From assembly GCA_963762145.1 (NCBI GenBank), contig CAVXJS010000021.1, forward strand, positions 32,001 through 96,000: a DNA stretch of 64,000 nt, written 5' to 3'. The stretch's first letter is position 1, and each line of letters starts with the position of its first letter. This document shows, piece by piece, positions 36,461 to 46,158 of this stretch. Origin of the DNA: an uncultured Candidatus Rokubacteria bacterium. GTDB lineage: Bacteria; Methylomirabilota; Methylomirabilia; Rokubacteriales; CSP1-6. The position numbers and the translations under genes are program-made. The notes beneath the pieces are model-generated. The model was not told the origin of the DNA. It did not search any database and saw only the letters and a list, made by a program, of their open reading frames with translations.

Positions 36461-37950
36461 TCTCTGTCAAGCGCAGCACGTTGGCGTTCATTGTGCTCGT
36501 CACCCTCGTGATGGGCGCGGGCCTCGGCACCTGGGGCGCCGGCGCGGTGGACCAGGTCAAGCCGTCCGGGCCGGGCGGCGCGCCGGCCCCGGGCGCCCTG
36601 CCCTCCGGTACCCAGCCGCGCATCCTCCCGGCGGCCCTGCCGATTCCCTCCGGCAGCTTCGCCCAGGTCGCGGAGAACGTGAGCCCCGCGGTGGTCAACA
36701 TCAACACGGTGACCCGGGTGAGCGGCCGCACGCCGGTCGAGGAGTTCTTCGGCGACGAGTTCTTCAAGCGCTTCTTCGGGGACGCGCCCGAGCGTCAGCA
36801 GGTGCAGCGCAGCCTGGGCTCCGGCGTCATCGTGGACCCGTCGGGGATCGTGCTCACCAACGCCCACGTGGTCGAGCGCGCCACCGAGATCGAGGTGTCC
36901 ACCGCCGACGGCAAGAAGCACAAGGCCAAGCTCGCGGGCGTGGACAAGAAGACCGACCTGGCGGTGCTCAAGCTGCAGGGCGGCGGGCCCTTTCCGGCCG
37001 CCAATCTCGGCGACTCCGACACGGTCAAGGTCGGCGACTGGGTGCTCGCGATCGGCTCGCCGTTCGGGCTGCAGAAGACGGTGACCGCCGGCATCATCAG
37101 CGCCAAGGGCCGCTCCATCGGCCAGGGCCCCTTCGACGACTTCCTGCAGACCGACGCGGCCATCAATCCGGGCAACTCGGGCGGCCCGCTCGTGAACATG
37201 TCGGGCGAGGTGGTCGGCATCAACAGCGCGATCCTCTCGCGCACCGGCGGCAACGTGGGCATCGGCTTCTCGATCCCGGTCAACATGGCCAAGCGCATCT
37301 ACACCGAGCTGGCCGCCAAGGGCAAGGTCACCCGCGGCTGGCTCGGCGTCTCCATCCAGCCCCTGACCCCCGAGCTGGCCAAGAGCTTCGGGCTCAAGGA
37401 GCCGAACGGCGTCCTCATCTCGGACGTGATGCAGCAGAGCCCGGCCGCGGCGGCGGGCATCGCCTCCGGCGACGTCATCATCGAGTTCGACCGGAAGAAG
37501 GTGGACTCGCCCCAGGAGCTCCAGAAGGTGGTGGCCGGGACCACGCCGGGCCGCGCGGTGCCGCTCAAGGTGTGGCGCGACAAGGGCGAGAAGACGCTCG
37601 AGATCAAGATCGGCGAGACGCCCGACGAGACGGTCGCGCTCAAGCCCACCAGCAAGGGCAAGAGCCTGCTCGGCCTCGACGTGCGCCCGATCACGCCGGA
37701 GCTGGCTCGCCAGCTCAACCTGCGCACGCCGGAGGGCGTCATCGTGTTCTCGGTGGACGAGGACAGCGGGGCGTCGGAGGCCGGGCTCCAGCGGGGCGAC
37801 GTCATCCGCGAGGTCAACCGGCAGAAGGTCCGGAGCGTCCCGGACTTCGAGAAGGCCACCAAGGACGTGAAGGACGGCGACCGCGTCACGGTCCTGCTGC
37901 AGCGCGGACCGCAGTCCCTCTACGTCGCCTTCACCGTCGCTCGAGGCTGA
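36457..37950 (+). CDS. degP: DegP/HtrA serine protease with two PDZ domains
   Basis: LTNAHVV, DLAV, QTDAAINPGNSGGPL, two PDZ domains; ATGA overlap with ftsH. Confidence 0.93.
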   Translation: MISVKRSTLAFIVLVTLVMGAGLGTWGAGAVDQVKPSGPGGAPAPGALPSGTQPRILPAALPIPSGSFAQVAENVSPAVVNINTVTRVSGRTPVEEFFGDEFFKRFFGDAPERQQVQRSLGSGVIVDPSGIVLTNAHVVERATEIEVSTADGKKHKAKLAGVDKKTDLAVLKLQGGGPFPAANLGDSDTVKVGDWVLAIGSPFGLQKTVTAGIISAKGRSIGQGPFDDFLQTDAAINPGNSGGPLVNMSGEVVGINSAILSRTGGNVGIGFSIPVNMAKRIYTELAAKGKVTRGWLGVSIQPLTPELAKSFGLKEPNGVLISDVMQQSPAAAAGIASGDVIIEFDRKKVDSPQELQKVVAGTTPGRAVPLKVWRDKGEKTLEIKIGETPDETVALKPTSKGKSLLGLDVRPITPELARQLNLRTPEGVIVFSVDEDSGASEAGLQRGDVIREVNRQKVRSVPDFEKATKDVKDGDRVTVLLQRGPQSLYVAFTVARG

Positions 37951-37956
37951 GCAACT

Positions 37957-38011
37957 CCCCCTCTCCCCTCTGGGGAGAGGGCAGGGTGAGGGGCCCAAGG
38001 GTGAGGGGGGG
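37957..38011. repeat. REP unit (reverse orientation) plus a partial duplicate
   Basis: CCCCTCTCCCC-TCT-GGGGAGAGGGCAGGGTGAGGGG..AGGGTGAGGGG between convergent genes. Confidence 0.8.
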
Positions 38012-38012
38012 C

Positions 38013-39347
38013 TCAGCTCGAGCCGTCGTAGGTCTCGCGCCGGCTCATGCGGCGCTGGAAGTCGAGGTAGGCCTGCCGGGTGAGCGGCGGCTTGGCCTGC
38101 GCCACCACCTGCCGCCCCACCGCCGCCCCGTCGGCCATCAGGTCCACCACCATCGAGGCGAGCGCCTTCGCGTTGGTGAGGTAGGTCAGCGCGGGGTCCA
38201 CGATCTCGTAGTCCGCGCCGTGCGGGGTCCCCTTGGCGCCGCCCACGTAGGGATGGATGATCGGCATGACCTGCGCGAGATCGCCCATGTCGGTGGAGCC
38301 GGTCCGGTGCCGGATCGTGCGCACCTGATCCGCTCCCACCAGGTCGGCCGCGATGGCCCGGAAGCGCTCGACCATCAGGGGGTCGCAGCGGAGCGGCATG
38401 TACCCGGGCAGGGTCTCGATCTCCACCCGGCAGCCGAGCGCGAGCGCGCCCGCGCGGAGCGCGCGATCCACCTTGCGGTCCGCGTCCGCGATGGCCTCGA
38501 GCGACTTGCCCCGCACGAACGTCTCGAGCCGCACCTCGCCGGGGATGACGTTCACCTGCGAGCCGCCGTGGGTGATAATCGGGTGCACGCGTATGGTGTC
38601 CTCGTCGCGGAACGTCTCCCGGATCGCGTTGATGGCCATGAGCCCGATCTGGGCCGCGTAGAGCGCGTTGAGGCCCATGTGAGGGGCGCCGCCCGCGTGC
38701 GAGGCGCGGCCGACGTAGCGGACGGTCTTCACCACGCACCCGTTGTTGGACATCGGCACCGCGAGCTTGCCCTCCTCGGGCCGCGGGGTCGCGTGGATCA
38801 TCATCCCCATGTCCACGTCGTCGAGGACGCCGAGCCGCAGCATCTCCGGCTTGCCGCCCATGAACTCGAGCCGGCCCGCGTCGCGCTGGGCCACTCGCCA
38901 CTCCACGTCGCCGTACTCCTCGGCGGGCACGCCGATGAAGGCCACGCGGCCGGCCAGGTGCTCGAAGGCGCCCGCCTCGAGCAGGCCCATCGCCGCGCCC
39001 AGCATCCCCGCCACCTGCGCGTTGTGACCGCAGGCGTGCGCGGCCCCGGTCTCCGGATCGGCCACCGGGTGCCCGACCACCACCAGGCCGTCCAGCTCGC
39101 CGAAGAGCGCGAGGGTCGGCCCGTCTCCCGCGCGCCCGGCCGCGTCCGCGCGCACGCCGGTCAGGGCGAGACCGGTCCGGGGCGCCAGGCCCATCCGCTC
39201 GAAGGTCTGGGCGACGAGCTTCCCGGTCTTGAACTCCTTGAAGCCGAGCTCGGGGTGGCGTCGGATCGTCTCCCCCAGCTCGATGATCTCGGCTCCGCGG
39301 CGATCGATCGCCGCCCGCACCTTCTGCATCAGTTCGGACTTGGTCAT
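38013..39347 (-). CDS. M20 family amidohydrolase
   Basis: ATG 39347 with GGAGG; HPELGFKE, GELD, HACGHN, PAEE, GSTDMGD. Confidence 0.9.
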   Translation of the reverse strand: MTKSELMQKVRAAIDRRGAEIIELGETIRRHPELGFKEFKTGKLVAQTFERMGLAPRTGLALTGVRADAAGRAGDGPTLALFGELDGLVVVGHPVADPETGAAHACGHNAQVAGMLGAAMGLLEAGAFEHLAGRVAFIGVPAEEYGDVEWRVAQRDAGRLEFMGGKPEMLRLGVLDDVDMGMMIHATPRPEEGKLAVPMSNNGCVVKTVRYVGRASHAGGAPHMGLNALYAAQIGLMAINAIRETFRDEDTIRVHPIITHGGSQVNVIPGEVRLETFVRGKSLEAIADADRKVDRALRAGALALGCRVEIETLPGYMPLRCDPLMVERFRAIAADLVGADQVRTIRHRTGSTDMGDLAQVMPIIHPYVGGAKGTPHGADYEIVDPALTYLTNAKALASMVVDLMADGAAVGRQVVAQAKPPLTRQAYLDFQRRMSRRETYDGSS

Positions 39348-39361
39348 GGGATCTTCCTCCT

Positions 39362-39433
39362 GGGAGGCCGCTGAGAAAGGTCCAGATGCGAGGCGGCGTC
39401 CGACGGCGGCACGCGAAGCGTGAGCGGCCTCCC
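39362..39433. repeat. Internally deleted relative of the 31316 element
   Basis: GAGAAAGGTCCAGATGCGAGGCGGCG matches GAGAAGGGCCCAGCTGCGAGGCGCCG; flanked by GGGAGGCCGCT / AGCGGCCTCCC. Confidence 0.65.
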
Positions 39434-40198
39434 TCAGCGCCCGCCGGTGACGGCCAGGGTGTGCCCGGTGACGTAGGTGGCCTCGTCGGAGGCCAGGAAC
39501 AGGACCGCGTCGGCCACCTCGGCGGGACGGCCGAGGCGGCGCAGCGGGGTCATGCGGTTGGGACTGTACTCGACCGTCTCGTTCAAGCGGCGGAGGCCCG
39601 CGCCGACCCGCTCGGTGTCGATCGGCCCCGGCGCCACCGCGTTGACGTTGATGCCGTGCTCGGCCAGCTCCAGGGCGACGTCCCGGATGAAGCCGTGCAC
39701 TCCGGCCTTGGCCGCCGAGTAGGCCGCGCCGCCCTGGTAGTAGGCGGTCCACGGGGTGCCCTCGCGCGCGCCGGAGGAGAGGCAGACGATGCGCCCGTAG
39801 CGCCGGCGCATCATGTGCGGCACCGCGGCCCGCGTGCAGAGGAACGTGGAGCGGAGGTTCAGGCGGAGGACGAAGTCCCAGTCGTCCGCCTTCATCTCCC
39901 AGATGCGGGCGTTGCGGCTGCCCCCCACGTTGTTGACCAGGATGTCGAGCTGGCCGCCCCGCTCCACCGCGGTCGCGATCAGCCGCGCGGCGGGCTCCTC
40001 CTCGGTCACGTCGCCTACCACCGCGGCGGCCCGCCCGCCCGCCCCGGTGATCGCGGCGACCGCCTGCTCGAGCCCGGCCGCGTCCACGTCGCCCAGCACG
40101 ACGTGCGCGCCCTCGCCGGCCAGGCGCTCGGCGATCGCACGGCCCAGCCCGTGCGCCGCGCCCGTCACCACCGCGACCTTGCCGTCCACGCGTCCCAT
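39434..40198 (-). CDS. SDR oxidoreductase (FabG-like)
   Basis: ATG 40198; TGAAHGLG, NNVG, YSAAK, APGPIDT. Confidence 0.9.
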   Translation of the reverse strand: MGRVDGKVAVVTGAAHGLGRAIAERLAGEGAHVVLGDVDAAGLEQAVAAITGAGGRAAAVVGDVTEEEPAARLIATAVERGGQLDILVNNVGGSRNARIWEMKADDWDFVLRLNLRSTFLCTRAAVPHMMRRRYGRIVCLSSGAREGTPWTAYYQGGAAYSAAKAGVHGFIRDVALELAEHGINVNAVAPGPIDTERVGAGLRRLNETVEYSPNRMTPLRRLGRPAEVADAVLFLASDEATYVTGHTLAVTGGR

Positions 40199-40300
40199 CG
40201 CGCCGGGTAGTATATCCGCTCGCCCCCGGCCGCGCCTCCCCCGGCCGCAACCTGGGGTAGAATCGGCGCGCACGCTCACGATCCCAGGAGGACTCGCCAG

Positions 40301-41840
40301 ATGCCCACTCGCCGCGACCTGTTCAAGCAAGCCGGAGCCGCCGCCGCCCTCGCCGCCATGAAGCCCGTCGCGGCGGCCGCGCAGGCCCGGAAGCCCACGC
40401 TGACCATCGGCTTCCCGTCCACCCCGGAGACGATCGACCCGCACCAGTTCCGCTCGGTGCTGAGCGGCTCGATCATCAACCTGATGGGTGAGACCCTCTT
40501 CACCCGCGACCCGCAGACCATGGAGATCAAGCCGCTCCTGGCCGAGTCGGTGAAGAACCTCAACCCGAACACGTGGGAGCTCAAGCTGCGCCGCGGGGTC
40601 AAGTTCCACAACGGCGAGGACTTCAACGCGGACTCGGTGAAGTTCACCATCGAGCGGGCGGTGCACGGGAAGCTCAACACCCTGGCCAAGCTCACCATGC
40701 CGCCCTCCTTCGGCCAGGAGGTGGTCATCGTCGATCCCTACACGGTGCGGATCGTCACCAAGGTGCCGGACCCGATGCTGCCGAGCCGGCTCGCCGCCGA
40801 GTCCATGAACGTGGCCCCCGCCAAGGGGCTGGCCGAGTTCCGGGACAAGTTCGTCACCGATCGGTTCATCGGCACCGGGCCGTTCCGCTTCGTCGAGAAC
40901 GTGGTGGGCGACCGGGTGGTGCTGGAAGCGAACCCGGGCTACTGGGGCCCGAAGCCGCCCGCCCAGAAGATCGTGTGGCAGGTCATCCCGGACGCGGCCA
41001 CCCGCCTGGCCGCCCTGCAGCGCGGCGACGTGGACGTCATGCTCAACCTGCCCTTCCCGCTGGCACCCACCGTGGAGGGCGACCCGAACCTCCGGGTGTA
41101 CTCGGAGCTGAGCTCGCTCACTCACGGCATCCTCTTCAACGCGCGTGAGTCGGCGCCGCTCAAGGACCGGCGGGTGCGGCAGGCTCTCAACATGGCGGTG
41201 GACCGCGCCGCGATCCTCAAGGGCCTCTACGTGGGCCGCGGGCAGCTCCTCAACACGGTCACCGGCAAGAACGTGGCCAACACCATGGATCCCGGTCCCT
41301 ACCCGTACGATCCGGCCCGCGCCAAGGCGCTGCTCGCGGAGGCCGGCTACGCGCAAGGGCTTCGAGCTCACCCTCTGGCAGTCGATCGGGCGCTGGGTGC
41401 TCGCCGAGGAGACCGCGCAGGTCATCGCGGGCTACTGGGACAAGGTCGGCGTGAAGACGAAGGTGCAGGTGCTGGAGTGGGCGGAGTACAACAAGCGGGC
41501 GGGCGGCCGCGCGCTCAAGGACTGCTTCTACTACGCCTTCATCAACGGCACGTGGGACGCCTCCTACACCGTGCAGCGCTTCAAGCCCGACTTCCAGACC
41601 TTCCGCTACTTCGACGCCTCCGGGGACTTGCTCAAGACCATCGAGGAGTACGAGCGCACCTTCGATCCCAAGAGCGCAAGGAGCTCGGCGCCAAGGCGCT
41701 CACAGGCGCTGCACGACGAGGCGGTGTGGCTGTTCCTCTGGCAGCTCGACGAGCTGTTCGGCGTCTCGAAGAAGGTCAAGGGCTTCAAGATGCGCCCGGA
41801 CAATTTCCTCTGGGTGCGCGACACCTACGTGGAGGCCTGA
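40301..41840 (+). CDS. Peptide/nickel (family 5) ABC substrate-binding protein, Tat-exported, frameshifted
   Basis: TRRDLFK; LRRGVKFHNG, GTGPF, DRRVRQA, YPYDP; C-terminal part in ORF 41145..41840. Confidence 0.88.
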
Positions 41841-42772
41841 AGCGCTTCCGTTCCTCCTCCGCCGGCTGGGCCACGCGATCATCGTGGCCGCTCGGGGTGT
41901 CGCTCGTGGTCTTCGCGCCTCGTCCACCTCTCGGGCGATCCGGTGCTGCTCATGGTGTCGAGCGACGCGCCGGCCGACGTGGTGGCGGCCACGCGGCGCG
42001 CGCTGGGCTTCGACCGCCCGCTCCACGAGCAGTTCGCTCAGCTACGTGACCCGCGCCGCCCAGGGTGACCTCGGCGTCTCGCTCCGTAGCAACCGGCCCG
42101 TCGCCACCCTGATCCGCGAGCGCCTGCCCGCCACCGTCGAGCTGACGCTGGCCGCGCTGCTGATCGCGGTGGCGATCGCCGTGCCCGCCGGCATCGTCTC
42201 CGCCGTCCAGCGCGGCTCGCGCGTCGACCGGGTCGCGATGGTGGGCGCGGTCGCCGGCCAGGCGATGCCGATCTTCTGGCTCGCCCTGCTCCTGATCATG
42301 CCTTGTTCGGCGTGCGCCTGCGCTGGCTGCCCGTCTTCGGCACCGGCTCGCTCGCCCACCTCGTGCTGCCCGCGGTGAGCCTCTCGACCATCATCCTCGG
42401 GCGGCTGGCCCGCCTCGTGCGCTCGAGCATGCTGGAGGTGCTGGGCCAGGACTACGTGCGGACGGCGCGGGCCAAGGGGCTGGCCGAGACCCGCGTGCTC
42501 GCGCGCGCACGCGCTCAAGAACGCGGCGATCCCCATCGTGACCCTGCTCGGCCTGCAGTTCGCCCAGCTCCTGGGCGGGGCCGTGGTCACGGAGACCATC
42601 TTCGCGTGGCCGGGCATCGGGCGGCTCGTCGTCGAGGCGATCTTCAACCGGGATTTCCCCGTCGTCCAGGGCGTGGTGCTGGTCGGTGTCGCTGATCTTC
42701 GTCGCCGTGAACATGCTGGTCGACCTCGCCTATGCCGCGCTCGATCCGCGCATCCGCTCGGAGGCCGCGTGA
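41841..42772 (+). CDS. Peptide ABC permease (DppB-like), multiply frameshifted; start uncertain
   Basis: GDLGVSLR, RLPATVEL, RSSMLEVLGQDYVRTARAKGL, ETIFAWPGIG, RDFPVVQG, YAALDPRIR. Confidence 0.82.
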
Positions 42773-43610
42773 TGCGGCGCGACCCCGTCTTCTGGCTCTC
42801 GGCGCTCGCGCTCGGGCTCATCCTGCTCGCCGCGGTCTTCGCCGAGCGCCTGGCGCCCTACGGCCCGAACGAGCAGGACATCACCAAGCGCCTGCAGCCG
42901 CCCGGCATCGACAGCAGCACGTCCTCGGCACCGACGAGGTCGGCCGCGACATCCTGAGCCGGCTGATCTACGGGGCCCGCGTCTCGCTGCTGTCGGCGTC
43001 ATCGCCGTCGGCCTGTCGTGCCCGCTCGGCGTGCTCGTCGGCCTCGTCGCCGGCTACGCGGGTCGCCGCGATCGACGATGTGCTGATGCACATCACCGAC
43101 ATCCAGCTCGCGATCCCCACCATCCTGCTCGCGATCGCGGTGGTGGCGGTGCTCGGCCCCGGACTGCCCAACGTCATCATCACGCTCAGCGTGACCGGCT
43201 GGACGCTCTACGCGCGCCTCGTGCGCGGCGAGACGCATCGACCGTGAAGGACGCGCGACTTCGTGCAGGCCGCGCGGGCCAACGGCGCGGGCGACGCGCG
43301 CATCGTGCTGCGCCACGTGCTGCCCAACGTGTTCTCGCCGGTGATCGTGGTGGCGGTCTTCGCGGTGGCCAACATGATCGTGCTGGAGGCGACCCTGTCG
43401 TTCCTGGGCCTGGGGGTGGAGCCGAGCGTGGTGACCTGGGGCCGGATGCTGAACGGGGGCCGGCTCTACCTCAACACCGCGTGGTGGCTCACCGCCTTCC
43501 CCGGCCTCGCGATCTTCGTCACGGTGCTGGCGGTGAACCTGCTGGGCGACCACCTGCGCGACTGGCTCGACCCGCAGCTCCGCGGATCGCTCGGCTCGGC
43601 GCAGGCCTGA
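42769..43610 (+). CDS. Peptide ABC permease (DppC-like), multiply frameshifted
   Basis: LGTDEVGRDILSRLIYGARVSL, RHVLPN, EATLSFLGLG, NLLGDHLRD. Confidence 0.82.
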
Positions 43611-43875
43611 CCTCGGCGGTCGCTTCACCGACCTCTCAGGTCCCTCTCACCCGGCGTAGCAACCCCGGACGTCCCGCCGTCCTGACGTCCGCCGCCCACC
43701 CCGACGATCATCTCGACCTGTCCGATCTGGGCCTGTGATCGGGCGTGGTGGCCAATTGTCGCGATCTTGCGCGAAGGCTCGCAGCAGGCGGCACTCCCTC
43801 TAGTGGGGGCATCTGACTGGGTGAGAGCAGACACTGCTGAAAGCAAGCGCATCCGAAACACGAGGAGGAGTCGAG

Positions 43876-44280
43876 ATGACGAGCCCAAAACGAATGTTGG
43901 TGGTGGCACTTCTCATGACCGGCACCCTGATCCAGGCTGGCACCCTGATGGCGCAGGAGACCATCACGCCGCTCTTGTCGAACGATCTGGCAGACGTTTC
44001 CGGCAAGGAGAGTCTGATGTACACGGTGGAGTTTCCGCCGGGCTTTTCGAGCCCCGTCCACCGTCACAATGCGCATGTGTCTGTCTACGTGCTGGAGGGC
44101 TCCGTCGTGATGCAGGTGAAAGGCGGAAAAGAAGTCACACTGACGCCAGGCCAGAGCTTTTCTGAAGTTCCCGGCGATGTCCACGTCGTCAGCCGGAACG
44201 CAAGCAGTACAAGGCCGGCCAGATTCCTCGTGTTCATGGTCAAGGACAAGGGCGCTCCGCTGGTGGTCCTAGAAAAGTAG
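43876..44280 (+). CDS. Exported cupin domain protein
   Basis: GAGGAGG RBS; signal peptide; PVHRH..VYVLEG..PGQSFSEVPGDVH. Confidence 0.88.
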   Translation: MTSPKRMLVVALLMTGTLIQAGTLMAQETITPLLSNDLADVSGKESLMYTVEFPPGFSSPVHRHNAHVSVYVLEGSVVMQVKGGKEVTLTPGQSFSEVPGDVHVVSRNASSTRPARFLVFMVKDKGAPLVVLEK

Positions 44281-44308
44281 ACCGACCCAACCCACAGGAG
44301 AGACAAAC

Positions 44309-45097
44309 GTGACAAAAGTATTTCTCGCCGGGGCAACCGGAGCGATCGGAAAGCGCCTCGTGCCGCAGTTGCTCGACGCGGGCTGTGAAGTGTTCGGGAC
44401 GACCCGCTCAGAGAGAAAAGTCGCCGAGCTCAGGGCCGCCGGCGTCACGCCTATCGTCGTGGACGTGTTCGATGCCCCGGCGTTGTCCCGAGCGATGGCC
44501 GCGGCGCGCCCGGACATCGTCGTAAATCAGCTCACGGATCTTCCGGCCAATCTTGAACCGAGCGGCATGGCAGAGGGCATTGTCCGCACGACGCGTATCC
44601 GCATCGAGGGAACACGCAATCTGGTTGCGGCAGCGCGTGAAGCCGGTGTCCGCCGGATCATCGCCCAGAGCCTGGCTTGCTGGGTCTACGCGGATGGGCC
44701 TCAACCGTATTCCGAAGATGCCCCGCTGGATCTCCGCGCCGACGCACCTCTCGCCATCGTCGTGGAAGGCGTGGCCGCGCTCGAACAATTGACGACGATG
44801 TCGCCTCCCGTCGAAGGCGTGGTACTGCGTTACGGTCAGATATACGGACCGGGAACGGGGAGGGATGAGCCGACCCGGCCGGCGCCTCTCCACGTCGACG
44901 CCGCGGCCCATGCCGCGTTGCTCGGATTCGAGCGAGGCAAGCCGGGCATATTCAACATCGCCGAGGACGACGGCTTCGTCTCGATCGAAAAAGCACTCGG
45001 CGAGCTTGGCTTCGATCCCGGCTTCCGCCTGGACAACGACCGGCGGCGGGATCAGCGGTCGAAGATTCCTTCGGGGATGAGCGCGGTGACCACGTAG
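44309..45097 (+). CDS. NAD-dependent epimerase/dehydratase family protein
   Basis: AGATGAIG, VNQLTDL, EGTRNL, LRYGQIYGPG, HVDAAA. Confidence 0.85.
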   Translation: MTKVFLAGATGAIGKRLVPQLLDAGCEVFGTTRSERKVAELRAAGVTPIVVDVFDAPALSRAMAAARPDIVVNQLTDLPANLEPSGMAEGIVRTTRIRIEGTRNLVAAAREAGVRRIIAQSLACWVYADGPQPYSEDAPLDLRADAPLAIVVEGVAALEQLTTMSPPVEGVVLRYGQIYGPGTGRDEPTRPAPLHVDAAAHAALLGFERGKPGIFNIAEDDGFVSIEKALGELGFDPGFRLDNDRRRDQRSKIPSGMSAVTT

Positions 45098-46158
45098 TTC
45101 GGCACGTCCACCACGTTGCTCACCCGCAGGTCCACCGCCACGCTCGAGATGACGTAGGCCTGCTCGCGCGTGAAGCCGCGCTCCTGCAGCAGGTCGATCA
45201 TGTTGAGCAGCGCGTTGCGGCAGGCCAGGGTGAGGTTCTCACCCTCGTTCACATCGTCGTCGCGGATCGGCATGCCGGTGGCGGCCAGGAAGCGCTTCGG
45301 CGCGGCCCACTCCGGCGGAGCGAAGTAGTCGCGATGGCGGAAACGCGGGCCGCGGGCCAGCGTCTTGCCCGCGCCCCGGATCACCTTGAACTTGACCACC
45401 GCGGTGGCGCCCATCTCGACCGCGGTCACGCACACCTCGCCGTCGCCCTGGGCGAAGTGGCCGTCGCCCACCGAGAACAGCGCGCCCTCCACCGCCACCG
45501 GGAGCTGGAGCGTCGCGCCCTTGGTGATCTGCTTCACGTCCATGTTGCCGCCGTTCTCGCGCGGCGGGATCGTGCGCAGACCGTGGGTGGCCGCCGGGCC
45601 CTTGCCGGGCACCGCGCCCGCCGCGTCGGGCGTCATGACGAGACCCCCGCGGCTCAGGAGGTCCTGCTCGCGCCGGGCCCACGCGGTGACCTGCGCGTGC
45701 GACGGCGCCACCCCGATCACGCCCATGAAGGACGCGCCGGGGATGCGCACGCCGGGCAGCTCCTTCGAGGTGGCCCAGCCGTCGGCGATGCTCCAGTGCA
45801 CCAGGTAGGGCACCGTGTAGAGGTCCCGCAGGAAGCCGAGACCCGGCACGATGCCGGTGAACGCATGGGGCTGAGGCAGGACGTCCACGAACTCGATCTC
45901 GAGGAGATCGCCCGGGCGGGCGCCCTTCACAAGCACCGGCCCCGTGATGGGATGGATGGGGCCCGCGTCCATGGCGGCAATGGCCGCCGCGGTGGTGCCT
46001 GGCCCGAGCTGGCCGTCCACCCCGTCGCGGGTCTCGAGCACGACCTCCTCGCCTTCGGAGACCTCCAGGATGGGCGGGACGTCCGGATGCCACCGGTTGT
46101 GGCCGGTCCCGGGCTGGTCGATGAGCCGCTTCGTGCGATCGATCTCGACGCTCTTCAT
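45052..46158 (-). CDS. Acetamidase/formamidase (FmdA family)
   Basis: ATG 46158; HNRWHPD, HPITGP, PPRENGGNMD, GDGHFAQGDGEVC..AVEM, VVDVPN. Confidence 0.92.
   Translation of the reverse strand: MKSVEIDRTKRLIDQPGTGHNRWHPDVPPILEVSEGEEVVLETRDGVDGQLGPGTTAAAIAAMDAGPIHPITGPVLVKGARPGDLLEIEFVDVLPQPHAFTGIVPGLGFLRDLYTVPYLVHWSIADGWATSKELPGVRIPGASFMGVIGVAPSHAQVTAWARREQDLLSRGGLVMTPDAAGAVPGKGPAATHGLRTIPPRENGGNMDVKQITKGATLQLPVAVEGALFSVGDGHFAQGDGEVCVTAVEMGATAVVKFKVIRGAGKTLARGPRFRHRDYFAPPEWAAPKRFLAATGMPIRDDDVNEGENLTLACRNALLNMIDLLQERGFTREQAYVISSVAVDLRVSNVVDVPNYVVTALIPEGIFDR

Noticed and set aside
41830-41845. Another CTGA-overlap CTG start for the DppB-like gene
   Set aside because: GGAGG is only 1 nt from the CTG and the region is dense with indel errors, so the start cannot be judged.
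43611-43875. tRNA or attachment site at the islet boundary
   Set aside because: No cloverleaf or T-loop motif and no flanking direct repeat were found by eye.
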